Below the pieces are notes generated by a model that saw only the letters and a program-made list of their open reading frames with translations, ran no database searches and was not told the DNA's origin. A stretch of 64,000 bases of DNA, from the NCBI GenBank assembly GCA_963749915.1, contig CAVVOP010000005.1, positions 96,001 through 160,000 of the forward strand. The letters are read 5' to 3'. Of the stretch, positions 32,217 through 42,099 are shown one piece after another (within the stretch, counting starts at the first letter, position 1; every line of letters begins with the position of its first letter). The position numbers and the translations under genes were made by a program. This DNA comes from an uncultured cyanobacterium (GTDB taxonomy: Bacteria; Cyanobacteriota; Cyanobacteriia; Cyanobacteriales; Cyanobacteriaceae).

Positions 32217-33095
32217 TCAATTCTCTGTCCAACTACTACGCCATGCTGATTCAGCTTGGGCGATTGCATATTGTCCAGTTATATTTTGGTATTCATCATC
32301 AAGAGTGTCTAATTTTTGAAGAAGATTAGTAATTTTTTGTCGAATTAAATTTAACCCAGAATGATGAAACTCAATTTCCGTCAACCTTAAACAAATAGCG
32401 ATAATAGAAGTAATATTCAAGTTTTCTGATTTATCCTCTTTTTCGACTAAAAGACTTAATAAATTAGGTGAACCACTGACAACAGAGGTATTTTCCTCTC
32501 CCTGTAATGCCATTTCCAAAATTTTACTGGGTATTTTATTCGGTAAGATACCAGCATTTTGTAAATATTTATTCGCACGGTGAGAAATTGTCGTCAAAGA
32601 TTCTTCGATGCAATCTTCAAGATCTAGCTGAAATTTGATTAAATCTTCTGGATTAAGATCCTTAGAAATAGGTAAATTTTCTACATCACTTTCTTTAATA
32701 TACGATCGATCTAAAGAAGTTGGTTCCTGGTTATTTTCCGTGATTCCTGAAGAAGAAAAAAGTTCAATAATATTAGTATAAAAATCTTCTATAAATTTAT
32801 TATGCGGGACTTCTATTGACCTTAAACGATCCAATAAATCTTGAGTAAAAATAGCATCTAATCCTCTAATTTTTTCCTGTAATTTAGTTCTTTCTTGATA
32901 ACTTAAACCGAGAAAAGAATCAGGATATTTTTGAGTACAAATTTGATAGGTAGCGAAAACTAATTGACGATTAACAATCACACTTAAATTTTGAAAATAA
33001 TCCTTATATAAACTTTGTAAATTAGTAGTTAAATCTTGAATTTTAGTATTTAAAACGGTTAAATCATTGCTTAATTTCTTGATTGACTTACTCAT
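32217..33095 (-). CDS. Conserved cyanobacterial hypothetical coiled-coil protein
   Basis: YQICTQKYPDSFL and LRLTEIEF..AESAWRSSW motifs; 292 aa. Confidence 0.7.
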   Translation of the reverse strand: MSKSIKKLSNDLTVLNTKIQDLTTNLQSLYKDYFQNLSVIVNRQLVFATYQICTQKYPDSFLGLSYQERTKLQEKIRGLDAIFTQDLLDRLRSIEVPHNKFIEDFYTNIIELFSSSGITENNQEPTSLDRSYIKESDVENLPISKDLNPEDLIKFQLDLEDCIEESLTTISHRANKYLQNAGILPNKIPSKILEMALQGEENTSVVSGSPNLLSLLVEKEDKSENLNITSIIAICLRLTEIEFHHSGLNLIRQKITNLLQKLDTLDDEYQNITGQYAIAQAESAWRSSWTEN

Positions 33096-33126
33096 TTCTA
33101 GTTACTATTTCGGTGATCAAATTATG

Positions 33127-33158
33127 GTAGGTTGGGTTGAAGATTATAAAACCCAACA
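33127..33158. repeat. GTAG-type REP palindrome
   Basis: GTAGGTTGGGTT..AACCCAAC, with the same arms as at 38532. Confidence 0.7.
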
Positions 33159-33327
33159 CTGCTAAAAATTTTTATTGTCAATTGCCAATTGTCAATTACT
33201 CTTAAGAAATAGATTGGGGGGACTTTTCCCACAATAACTCGAATTTACTTCTTTTTTCTTAACCTAAAACCTAAAACCTAAATTTTTAGAGCTTTTAGCA
33301 AAGGTGCAAGATCTCAGAATTATAAAT

Positions 33328-33987
33328 TTATTTTAGTCCTGCTTGAGCGGCTACTTCCTTAGCAAAATTAGTTTCTTCTTTTTCGATGCCTTCCCCTAAG
33401 ACAAAACGGGTAAAACGACGCACTTGGATATTTTCGCCTATTTTAGCAATTTGCTGAGTAATTAATTCTTCAACAGTAATACCTTGATCTCGGATATAGG
33501 GTTGACTGAGTAAACACATTTCCCCTAAACGTTTTTGGATTCTACCCTCAACAATTTTTTCTTTGATGTTTTCAGGCTTGTTACCCAAATCATCTCTGCC
33601 CATTTCGATTTCTTTTTCTTTCCCAACAATGTCTTGAGGAATGTCAGCAATCTTAACATATTCAACATTAGGACAAGCCGCAATCTGCATAGCGATATTT
33701 TTTGCTAAGGCTTGGAAATCCTCTCTACGGGCAACGAAATCAGTTTCGCAGTTAACCTCGACTAAAACACCAATTCTGCCACCAGTATGAATATAACTTT
33801 CGACAATGCCTTCTGCGGCAACTCTACCAGCTTTTTTTTCGGCAGAAGTAATGCCCTTTTGACGCAACCATTCGCTGGCTTTTGCTATGTCACCATCATT
33901 TTCCACTAGGGCTTTTTTACAATCCATCATCCCGGCATTAGTTTTCTCTCTAAGCTCTTTTACTAATTTTGCAGATATTTCAGCCAT
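33328..33987 (-). CDS. tsf: Elongation factor Ts
   Basis: [19 protein letters not shown] and [11 protein letters not shown] motifs. Confidence 0.98.
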   Translation of the reverse strand: MAEISAKLVKELREKTNAGMMDCKKALVENDGDIAKASEWLRQKGITSAEKKAGRVAAEGIVESYIHTGGRIGVLVEVNCETDFVARREDFQALAKNIAMQIAACPNVEYVKIADIPQDIVGKEKEIEMGRDDLGNKPENIKEKIVEGRIQKRLGEMCLLSQPYIRDQGITVEELITQQIAKIGENIQVRRFTRFVLGEGIEKEETNFAKEVAAQAGLK

Positions 33988-34064
33988 GATATTATTTTTA
34001 GTTTAAATTATCAACAACAATCATTACATGAATTGACCCAGATGAAAATTATCTGAGTTCCTTA

Positions 34065-34094
34065 GTAGGGACATAATCTGTTATGTATGCCCCT
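34065..34094. repeat. GTAG-type REP-like palindrome between rpsB and tsf
   Basis: GTAGGGACATAATCTGTTATGTATGCCCCT. Confidence 0.45.
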
Positions 34095-34124
34095 TGACGT
34101 TAATTTATAAGACAGGGAAGTTAA

Positions 34125-34931
34125 TTACTCTTCTTCTCCACTATCAACATCTTCGTCATCATCTTCATCCTCGTAATCTTCTTCATAGTCAGCTTCCCCA
34201 GTAGCTAAAGATTCTTCAAATTCATCGAATTTGCCTTCACTAATGGCTTTACCGTAACGCCCTTCATAAATCGCATCAGCCAATTTACCAATAATCAGTT
34301 TAATAGAGCGAATTGCGTCATCATTAGCAGGAATGGGGAAATCCACTAATTCAGGATTACAGTTGGTATCTAACATAGATACGACAGGTAGATTGAGTTT
34401 TTGACACTCTTTGATGGCGTTATGTTCTCTACGGATGTCAATAATAATGACGACATCAGGAACCCGACGCATATCTTTAATACCGCCGAGATATTTTTGT
34501 AGTTTATTCAATTCTCGACGTAAAACAGAGGCTTCTTTTTTTGGTCTTCTGTCTAAAGCACCACTTTCTTCTAATTCTTCTAATTCTTTGAGACGTGCTA
34601 CTCTGGATTTAATGGTTTCCCAGTTGGTAAGCATACCACCTAACCAACGTTGATTGATGTAGAACGCCCCGCAACGACTGGCTTCTTGGGCGATAATCCC
34701 CGCCGCTTGACGTTTAGTACCAACAAAAAGTACTTTTTTGCCACTTTCCGCCGCTTTTTTAACGTAACTATGGGCTTCTTCCATTAACTGTGCAGTTTGC
34801 ACTAAGTCAATAATATGTACACCATTTCTAGCGGTGTAGATATAAGGGGACATTTTGGGATTCCAACGACGAGTTTGATGTCCAAAATGAACACCAGAAT
34901 CTAAAAGCTCTTTTAAGCTAACTACTGACAT
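34125..34931 (-). CDS. rpsB: 30S ribosomal protein S2
   Basis: [24 protein letters not shown] and [10 protein letters not shown] motifs. Confidence 0.99.
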   Translation of the reverse strand: MSVVSLKELLDSGVHFGHQTRRWNPKMSPYIYTARNGVHIIDLVQTAQLMEEAHSYVKKAAESGKKVLFVGTKRQAAGIIAQEASRCGAFYINQRWLGGMLTNWETIKSRVARLKELEELEESGALDRRPKKEASVLRRELNKLQKYLGGIKDMRRVPDVVIIIDIRREHNAIKECQKLNLPVVSMLDTNCNPELVDFPIPANDDAIRSIKLIIGKLADAIYEGRYGKAISEGKFDEFEESLATGEADYEEDYEDEDDDEDVDSGEEE

Positions 34932-34944
34932 TTGTTTTTCTCCT

Positions 34945-35022
34945 TGTTTCGGGTTTATCCTCCATCTGGGTTAGTTCTATTTCTGGTTTTTAGAAACACC
35001 CGACACCCCAGATGTGCGAATT
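34945..35022 (-). promoter_or_regulatory. rpsB 5' leader (S2 autoregulatory, t44-like RNA structure)
   Basis: Minus strand CGCACATCTGGGTG..CCCAGATGGAGGATAAACCCG: a long stem followed by GGAGG..AAACCC upstream of rpsB-tsf. Confidence 0.7.
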
Positions 35023-35261
35023 TAGACAACTTTACTAGTATATCACAAGATTTGTTTTTTCCAAGATTTATTTAATCCTTAATATAATGGTGAAACAATT
35101 ATTTTTCCCTAAAATTTAAGACCTCGGCAGTTACGTGTTTTCAAGAATCATTTGCGTAAGTTAGGTTCTAGTCTTTTCGTCTCTCCCTCTCCGAAACCCG
35201 AACTCATTGTTAATTACTATACAATGGGAATTGTAACTTAAACATCGAGTAAAAATTCGCT

Positions 35262-36533
35262 ATGACTTTAACTTTAGTTAGACCTAATTGCGTTCATTCT
35301 CCCACCATTACCGAATTACCTGATGGTTTAACTATCATTGCTGAACAAATAACCGTTTCTGCTGTTAACCTTAATATCTGGTTTAATGTGGGTTCAGCCA
35401 TCGAGTCTGATAATATCAATGGTATGGCTCATTTTTTAGAACACATGATCTTTAAGGGTAGTGCTAAATTAGCTAGTGGGGAATTTGAGCGTTTATTAGA
35501 AGCTAAAGGTGCAGTGACGAATGCGGCAACAAGTCAGGAATATACCCATTTTTATTTTACTTGTGCACCTCAAGATTTTGCACAGATTCTTCCTTTACAG
35601 TTAGATTTGGTGTTAAATCCCCTTTTACCCTCCCCTGAATTTGACAGAGAAAAAATGGTGGTTTTAGAAGAAATTAGGCGATCCCATGATAACCCTCCTA
35701 GGAGAGTATCTGAACGCATGATGAACAATCTATTTCCTAATTTACCCTATCACCGTCCAATTTTAGGCACAACGGAAATTATCGAAAATTTGACCTGTCA
35801 ACAGATGCAATCTTTTCATGATTCATGGTATCAACCTTCAGGAATGACGGTGGTAGCAGTAGGTAATTTACCTGTAGAAGAATTAACGGAAACCATCATT
35901 AATTCTTTAACTATCGATAAAATTAATGTACAACCAGAGAGAATTAATTATCAACCAGAGTCACCTTTTAAAGAAATTATTACCGATGAATATACCGATT
36001 CTTCCTTACAACAATCTCGTTTAATGTTAATGTGGCGGGTACCCGGATTGAATAATTTATCGGAAACATTACCCCTAGACGTTTTAGCGGTAATTTTAGG
36101 ACAGGGAAAACTATGCCGACTATTCCGAGATTTGCGGGAAAATCGCCGTTTAGCAACTCGTATTTCTGCCAGTAACATGACAAATCAAATACAAGGAGCT
36201 TTCTATATTGCGGTACAACTATCACAAGAAAATATCCTTCAAGTAAAAGACGCTATTCTTAATCATCTCGCCGATATTCAAGCAAACGGGGTTACTCAGG
36301 AGGAATTAAATCGGGTTTGTCAAGTTGCCGCCAATCAATTTATCTTTCAAAGTGAAAAACCGAGCGATCGTGCTAATTTATATGGCTATTATTATTCACA
36401 GGTTAAAAGTCTCATTCCCGCCTTAGAATATGCCGAAAAAATCAGAAATTTAACTACCGAGGATATACAACAAGCCGCCCAAAAATTCTTAAACTTAAAC
36501 GCCTATGGGGTAGTAATCGCCATGGACAAGTAA
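35262..36533 (+). CDS. M16-family zinc peptidase
   Basis: GMAHFLEHMIFKG (HxxEH), NAATS and VVLEEI motifs. Confidence 0.93.
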   Translation: MTLTLVRPNCVHSPTITELPDGLTIIAEQITVSAVNLNIWFNVGSAIESDNINGMAHFLEHMIFKGSAKLASGEFERLLEAKGAVTNAATSQEYTHFYFTCAPQDFAQILPLQLDLVLNPLLPSPEFDREKMVVLEEIRRSHDNPPRRVSERMMNNLFPNLPYHRPILGTTEIIENLTCQQMQSFHDSWYQPSGMTVVAVGNLPVEELTETIINSLTIDKINVQPERINYQPESPFKEIITDEYTDSSLQQSRLMLMWRVPGLNNLSETLPLDVLAVILGQGKLCRLFRDLRENRRLATRISASNMTNQIQGAFYIAVQLSQENILQVKDAILNHLADIQANGVTQEELNRVCQVAANQFIFQSEKPSDRANLYGYYYSQVKSLIPALEYAEKIRNLTTEDIQQAAQKFLNLNAYGVVIAMDK

Positions 36534-36697
36534 CAACAATACATACCTGTCCGCCTGTGTTCTTTGTCTCTGAACTCCGAACTCATTAATTAAAAGTGTT
36601 CTTTGGTACATTTAGGATAAAGTTAATGATATATTGAAGAACAGATTTTTTTTGGGAAATCAAATTTTGATAAATAAAAATTATCATATAAGGTTTA

Positions 36698-37837
36698 ATG
36701 CGCAATTTTAAGCTATCAATCATGGATGCCTATTTGGTAAGAGAATTAATAACCCCCTTTTTCTTTAGCGTGGGAATTTTCTCTGCTTTAGGAGTAACCA
36801 TCGGCACAGTATCAGATTTAAGTTATAAAATTGTTAATTCCGATTTAGCATTCATTTCTGCGATACAAATTTTTTGCCTAAAAATACCGGAATATATTGC
36901 TTATGGTTTGCCTGTCTCTGTGTTATTAACAACCTTAATCACTTATAGTCGCTTAAGTAAAGACAATGAATTAGTGGCTTTGCTAAGTTGTGGACCTAGT
37001 CTTGTCCGGTTAATTATTCCTGCACTAATTTTAAGTTTATTTGTCACGGTTTTAACCTTTGTTTTCAATGAATTAATTGTCCCTAATGCTAACTATCAAG
37101 CTACCACAATTTTGGTAGAGCAAATCAACGAACAAAGGCGATTTTTACTAAGAAAAGATATTTTTTATCCTGAATATATACAAGTAAAAGAAGAAAATGG
37201 TCATGATCATAAACAGTTAAAAGCTCTATTTTATGCCCAAGAATTCGATGGGGAAAATATGCAATATTTAACGATTTTAGAGACAGAAAGAAAAGGATTA
37301 AATAAGGTAATTATTTCCGAAAAAGGCACATGGAATAATAAACTGCAAGTATGGGATTTATTCAATGGAGTGATTTATGATGTTCAAACTAATCCTTTAA
37401 CTGCTAGAGAATCTTTTTTCGAAGAAACGCAATTTGCTTTATCAAAAACCCCTTTAGAATTAGCCGCAAAAAGTAGAGATCCCTATGAAATGAATATTTT
37501 TCAATCCGAAGAATATATTAAATTATTAAGATTATTAGGCGATGAAAAAAATGTGTTAATGTTTCAAGTTCGCACGGCCCAAAAAATGTCCTTTCCCTTT
37601 GTTTGTATCATATTTGCTTTGGTGGGATCATCTTTAGGTTGTCTGCCAAATACCGCCAGTAAAGCCACCAGTTTCGGTTTATGCGTCGCCATCGTTTTTG
37701 GCTATTATTTTCTTAGTTTTTTGATTGGCAGTTTAGGCTTAGTTGGGGTTATTTCCCCTTTTATGGCGGCATGGATACCGAATCTTTTAGGTTTATTAAT
37801 TGGGGTCTATCTATTATTTAAACCTAGTTTTGCTTAA
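36698..37837 (+). CDS. LptF/LptG-family LPS export permease
   Basis: MDAYLVREL, LPVSVL..YSRLSKDNELVAL and AAWIPN motifs. Confidence 0.9.
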   Translation: MRNFKLSIMDAYLVRELITPFFFSVGIFSALGVTIGTVSDLSYKIVNSDLAFISAIQIFCLKIPEYIAYGLPVSVLLTTLITYSRLSKDNELVALLSCGPSLVRLIIPALILSLFVTVLTFVFNELIVPNANYQATTILVEQINEQRRFLLRKDIFYPEYIQVKEENGHDHKQLKALFYAQEFDGENMQYLTILETERKGLNKVIISEKGTWNNKLQVWDLFNGVIYDVQTNPLTARESFFEETQFALSKTPLELAAKSRDPYEMNIFQSEEYIKLLRLLGDEKNVLMFQVRTAQKMSFPFVCIIFALVGSSLGCLPNTASKATSFGLCVAIVFGYYFLSFLIGSLGLVGVISPFMAAWIPNLLGLLIGVYLLFKPSFA

Positions 37838-37851
37838 CAATCTTAATTCGC

Positions 37852-38523
37852 TTAATTTAAGGCCTCAGTGAATTTTTGAGCCAATAAATCAATGCCTGTA
37901 ATCGCTGTACCTACAACCACAGAAAAACAACCTAAATCAAGTGCTTTTTTAACTTCCTCTGGTATTTTTATACCCCCCTCACAAATAATCGGTTTATCGA
38001 TGACTTTTACTAATTTCTCAATAAATTCAAAACTAGGAGGAATTAAATCTTGTGTTTTTTCTGTATAACCGTATAGAGTAGTACCGATCAAATCAGCTCC
38101 AGCATTAGAAGCTGCGATGGCATTTTCAAGGGTATCAATATCAGCCATGACTAATTTACCCAGTTTTTGCTTAATGTGGGTGATAATTTCCGGCATTGTT
38201 TCCCCATTAGGCCGACTTCTTTGAGTGGCATCAATGGCGATAATATCAGCCCCAGCTTGACTCACGGCAATGGCATCAGCAAAACGAGGAGTAATATAAA
38301 CGGAGGAATTAAGCTCCGTTTGCTTCCATAAACCGATGACGGGAATACCTGGTAATAATTGTTTAACGGCTTGAATATGACTAGGGCTATCAATTCTTAA
38401 ACCCTTTGCCCCTTGTTTTACACAGGCCTTGGCGATCGCCGCAATGATGAAGGGATCATGTAAAGGCGAATCACTAGGTGCTTGACAGGAAATGATGAGA
38501 CTAGATTTTAATGCTTCAATCAT
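37852..38523 (-). CDS. nanE: N-acetylmannosamine-6-phosphate 2-epimerase
   Basis: LIISCQA, VYITP, MADI, GTTLYGYT, EGGI and VVVGTAIT motifs. Confidence 0.93.
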   Translation of the reverse strand: MIEALKSSLIISCQAPSDSPLHDPFIIAAIAKACVKQGAKGLRIDSPSHIQAVKQLLPGIPVIGLWKQTELNSSVYITPRFADAIAVSQAGADIIAIDATQRSRPNGETMPEIITHIKQKLGKLVMADIDTLENAIAASNAGADLIGTTLYGYTEKTQDLIPPSFEFIEKLVKVIDKPIICEGGIKIPEEVKKALDLGCFSVVVGTAITGIDLLAQKFTEALN

Positions 38524-38531
38524 AATAAACG

Positions 38532-38621
38532 GTAGGTTGGGTTAAGCAAAGTGCAACCCAACAAATCAACGTAGAAAATATAATTTGATGATGTCGAGTT
38601 GTGTACCTTAACCCAACTTAA
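38532..38621. repeat. REP doublet (REPIN-like)
   Basis: GTAGGTTGGGTTAAGCAAAGTGCAACCCAAC plus an inverted degenerate copy ending TTAACCCAACTTA. Confidence 0.65.
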
Positions 38622-38661
38622 CCAGGTCAGTGAAAAAAGTTAATTGTCCATTGTCCATTGT

Positions 38662-39372
38662 TTAGTCGTGTAACTTAAGATCTCTTAAGGCGTTAACATC
38701 AACTTCGATGGAAGGACCCATGGAAGAAGAAACATAAATACTACGCCAGTAACGACCTTTTGCACCAGAAGGACGCTGACGATCGACAGTTTCTTGTATT
38801 GCTTTTAAGTTGGATAATAAATCCTCCGCAGGGAAAGAAGATTTGCCAAAAAGTACATGGACGATACCAGTACGATCAGCACGAAATTCTAATTTACCTG
38901 CTTTAAATTCATTAATAGCACCAGCTAAATCAGTAGTTACAGTACCACCTTTAGGAGAAGGCATTAAACCTTTAGGACCTAAAACCCGACCTAATTTGGC
39001 GATTTTTGGCATCATGTCGGGGGTAGCGATTAACACATCGAAATCCATCATTCCTTTTTGAATTTCGTCGATTAAGTCTTCCTCCCCCACTATATCAGCA
39101 CCGGAATTACTAGCAGATTTGACTTGTTCACCTCTGGTAATTACCGCTACTCTTACAGTTTGTCCTGTACCTTTAGGAAGACTTACCGTAGTTCTTAATT
39201 GTTGATCAGTGTACTTGGGGTCAATACCTAAACGGATATGTACTTCTGCGGTTTCATCAAATTTAGCCGTTGCCGTTTCCTTTAATAATTGCAACGCTTC
39301 TAAAGGCTCATAGGCCCTGTCTTCAACCTTAGCTAAGGCCTCTTTAAATCTGCGACTTACTTTTTTACTCAT
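38662..39372 (-). CDS. rplA: 50S ribosomal protein L1
   Basis: [16 protein letters not shown] and [14 protein letters not shown] motifs; true start MSKKVSRR at 39372 (the ORF track over-extends it). Confidence 0.98.
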   Translation of the reverse strand: MSKKVSRRFKEALAKVEDRAYEPLEALQLLKETATAKFDETAEVHIRLGIDPKYTDQQLRTTVSLPKGTGQTVRVAVITRGEQVKSASNSGADIVGEEDLIDEIQKGMMDFDVLIATPDMMPKIAKLGRVLGPKGLMPSPKGGTVTTDLAGAINEFKAGKLEFRADRTGIVHVLFGKSSFPAEDLLSNLKAIQETVDRQRPSGAKGRYWRSIYVSSSMGPSIEVDVNALRDLKLHD

Positions 39373-39384
39373 TGACGTTATGTA

Positions 39385-39426
39385 TCTCCTTGGGTAAACT
39401 AACGAAGTTAACACCTCTCCCCATGA
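39385..39426 (-). promoter_or_regulatory. Probable L1-binding autoregulatory hairpin between rplK and rplA
   Basis: Minus strand TGGGGAGAGG-TGTTAACTTCGTTAG-TTTACCCAAGGAG immediately before the rplA ribosome-binding site. Confidence 0.55.
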
Positions 39427-39496
39427 TAAAATTACTTTTATTGTCAACTGTGCTAGTTGATTTTCCAGGTTCGTGGGTAAATATATTAGTTGATGA

Positions 39497-39922
39497 TTAA
39501 TCAACAACGGTAACACCCATATTACGGGCAGTTCCGGCAATAATTTTCATAGCCGCTTCAATGTCATTAGCATTTAAGTCAGGCATTTTAGTTTGAGCGA
39601 TTTCCTGTAGTTGAGCTTTGGTAATTTTAGCTACCTTATTTCGATTAGGTTCTTTGGAACCGCTTTTAATACCTACGGCAGTTTTAATCAACTCAGAAGC
39701 TGGAGGAGTTTTAAGAATAAAGGTAAAACTACGATCTTCAAAAACAGAAATTTCTACGGGAATAATCATCCCTACTTGATTGGCGGTTTTGGCGTTATAT
39801 TCTTTGCAGAATGCCATGATGTTCACACCGTGTTGACCCAATGCCGGACCAACGGGAGGTGCAGGGTTTGCCTTACCCGCAGGTAAGGCTAATTTGATTA
39901 ATGCAACGACTTTTTTTGCCAT
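39497..39922 (-). CDS. rplK: 50S ribosomal protein L11
   Basis: [22 protein letters not shown]. Confidence 0.99.
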   Translation of the reverse strand: MAKKVVALIKLALPAGKANPAPPVGPALGQHGVNIMAFCKEYNAKTANQVGMIIPVEISVFEDRSFTFILKTPPASELIKTAVGIKSGSKEPNRNKVAKITKAQLQEIAQTKMPDLNANDIEAAMKIIAGTARNMGVTVVD

Positions 39923-39937
39923 TGTTAAAGTTTCCTT

Positions 39938-40555
39938 TTATCCTTGTTTTTCTACTTGATTAAATTCCAATTCCACGGGGGTATCACGCCCAAAAATTGA
40001 TAGGAGTGCTTTCAGTTTACTTCTTTCAGTACTAACCTCAATCACTTCCCCAGCAAAGTCTTTAAAGGGACCAGAAAGTACGACAATCTTATCTCCCACC
40101 TGCATATCAATTTTGACCACAGGTTCAGCATCTTCCATTTGTTTGAAAATACGATTGACTTCTGAAGGAGATAATGGCATGGGTTTTACATGACCTCTAC
40201 CTCTACCTACAGCCCTTCTCTGTTCAGCGCCTACGAAATTGATTACGTTAGAAGTATTTTTGACCATCTGCCAAGCATCATCATCTAAGATCATTTGCAC
40301 TAGCACATAGCCCGGTAATACTTTTTCTTCCCCGTGATAGCGACTGCCATCTTTACGCACTTTTACCGTCGGACTTTGGGGTATTCGTATTTCCAAGACA
40401 CGATCGCTAAGATTAAAACTATTAACTCGTTGTTCGATGTCAGTTTTAACTTTTTTTTCGCAACCGGCTGCTACCTGTACCACATACCAACGGGGTTGAC
40501 CCACTGCCACCTTCGTGGGAGTTGATTCTGGTTCATTTTCAGGAGTAAAACTCAT
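39938..40555 (-). CDS. nusG: Transcription elongation factor NusG
   Basis: WYVVQV..PGYVLV; KOW motif GPFKDF..LSIFGRDTPVEL. Confidence 0.98.
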   Translation of the reverse strand: MSFTPENEPESTPTKVAVGQPRWYVVQVAAGCEKKVKTDIEQRVNSFNLSDRVLEIRIPQSPTVKVRKDGSRYHGEEKVLPGYVLVQMILDDDAWQMVKNTSNVINFVGAEQRRAVGRGRGHVKPMPLSPSEVNRIFKQMEDAEPVVKIDMQVGDKIVVLSGPFKDFAGEVIEVSTERSKLKALLSIFGRDTPVELEFNQVEKQG

Positions 40556-40809
40556 CAAAACACCATCCCCGCCGCCCAGCCGAATACTTTATCCACGAGA
40601 TAAATTAAACTCGCGACGAGTGCAACCATTAAAATCACAGCTACAGATTCACTGAGTAGTTGCTGGCGGGAAGGCCAAACGACCTTCGCTAACTCTTGCT
40701 TGGTTTCCTCTACAAAATTAGCATTGTTAGTGCCGTCATTTTCAGACTCAGTGGGAGTAATCTTTTTCCCCTTGACAGTTTCTTTATTTGTCACAATAAT
40801 TTTCCTCAT
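40555..40809 (-). CDS. secE: Preprotein translocase subunit SecE
   Basis: ELAKVVWPSRQQL plus one TM helix; conserved synteny; start may be GTG at 40794. Confidence 0.95.
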   Translation of the reverse strand: MRKIIVTNKETVKGKKITPTESENDGTNNANFVEETKQELAKVVWPSRQQLLSESVAVILMVALVASLIYLVDKVFGWAAGMVF

Positions 40810-40907
40810 TAATAGACGTTTTTTCTGCGGCTATGCCTAGCAAACAACGCCATCCAATCCCTATTATAGAGTCAGTTAACTACATATTTCTCTTATGGTT
40901 AGACCAA

Positions 40908-40980
40908 CACGTCCTAGAGGACTTGAACCCCTGACATTCGGTTTTGGAGACCGACGTTCTACCAACTGAACTAAGGACGT
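40908..40980 (-). tRNA. tRNA-Trp(CCA)
   Basis: Reverse complement ACGTCCTTAGTTCAGTTGGTAGAACGTCGGTCTCCAAAACCGAATGTCAGGGGTTCAAGTCCTCTAGGACGTG; canonical position upstream of secE. Confidence 0.97.
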
Positions 40981-41150
40981 ATATCTAGATACTATAACTT
41001 TTTTTGTTAAATTTTGTCAAGTATCAGAATTCTTTAACCAGTTTATGGTTAGTTGGGGCTAAACTTCGAGAAAATAGTTAAGACATTGACACTTTCTCCC
41101 TAACCTTATTGAGTATGACGAGAGACTTATTATGGGAGACAATAGAGAAA

Positions 41151-41549
41151 CTATTTTGCTTTTGCAGTTTTCCCTTCAAGGGGACGATCAAAACGTTGTT
41201 TAATGCGGGTAGCCTTACCAACTCTATCTCTAAGATAGTAAAGTTTCGCTCTTCTGACTTTACCACGACGGATAACCTGAATGTTAGCGACAACGGGAGA
41301 ATGAATCATGAAGACTCTTTCTACGCCAACACCCTGAAAAACACGTCTCACGGTAATAGTTTCATTGATACCGCCATTACGCATGGCAATAATCGTACCC
41401 TCAAAGGGTTGTATTCTTTGTTTTCCACCTTCTTGAATGCGAACACCGATTTTAACAGTGTCACCAACATTGATAGTGGGTAATGTGCCTTTTTCTTTCA
41501 GATAACCAGCTTCAATAGACTTAATTATCGCATTTGCATTTATAGACAT
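41151..41549 (-). CDS. rplS: 50S ribosomal protein L19
   Basis: GVGVERVF and [14 protein letters not shown] motifs. Confidence 0.98.
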   Translation of the reverse strand: MSINANAIIKSIEAGYLKEKGTLPTINVGDTVKIGVRIQEGGKQRIQPFEGTIIAMRNGGINETITVRRVFQGVGVERVFMIHSPVVANIQVIRRGKVRRAKLYYLRDRVGKATRIKQRFDRPLEGKTAKAK

Positions 41550-41688
41550 GGAGATTTATTTGTCAAAAACTCACAATTGACCATCATAGCTTTTTTATGA
41601 ACTCCTTGTCAATAAATATTTTTTCCCGATCAAATCCGCTAGAATTGTCTTTGCTGTATTATTCGTGGCTAATCTAATATATAAAATT

Positions 41689-41949
41689 ATGGCTAACAAA
41701 CAAAAATTTCCTCACTTATTAGGCTCAAAATGGACTGCTCAACAAAAAACGTGGGGTTGGAGACATTTTCAAGTAATTAATCGTAAAAATGAGGATAAAT
41801 GGGTATTTGCGGAGATGATTGCTTCTTGTGATGATAGTGTGCGTTTTTGGATTAATGCCAAACAATTAAAGGACAGGGATTTATGGACTCCGGGATGGGT
41901 TACGTTAGAGTTGTTGGGTAAGTTATCAGGAATGAAGAATGAGCAATGA
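41689..41949 (+). CDS. TIGR02450-type tryptophan-rich conserved protein
   Basis: LLGSKWTA..GWRHFQV..FWINAKQLKDRDLW.PGW. Confidence 0.8.
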   Translation: MANKQKFPHLLGSKWTAQQKTWGWRHFQVINRKNEDKWVFAEMIASCDDSVRFWINAKQLKDRDLWTPGWVTLELLGKLSGMKNEQ

Positions 41950-42046
41950 GCAATGAGCAATGAGTAATGAGCAATGAGCAATGAGCAATGAGCAATGAGG
42001 AATTGGAAATTAGAAATTAGAAATTAGAAATTAGAAATTAGAAATT
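41931..42046. repeat. STRR-like heptamer tandem arrays: (AATGAGC-like) x9-10 then (AATTAGA-like) x6
   Basis: Directly visible 7-nt periodicity. Confidence 0.95.
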
Positions 42047-42099
42047 AATTCTAAATTTTCCTTTCTCAGTATCTTTTATAGTTGGTGCAAGATTTGAGT

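Noticed and set aside
39373..39540. 56-aa N-terminal extension of RplA in the ORF track
   Set aside because: It overlaps rplK and the regulatory leader; the ribosome-binding site and homology support the start at 39372
41078..41483. ORFs of 124 aa (antisense) and 71 aa (alternate frame) overlapping rplS
   Set aside because: Shadows of a conserved gene
41769..41981. Minus-strand 70-aa ORF (MLIAHYSLLIAH..)
   Set aside because: Translation of the heptamer array and the antisense of the TIGR02450 gene
41931..42046. CRISPR array
   Set aside because: 7-nt tandem units without unique spacers, and no cas genes in the window
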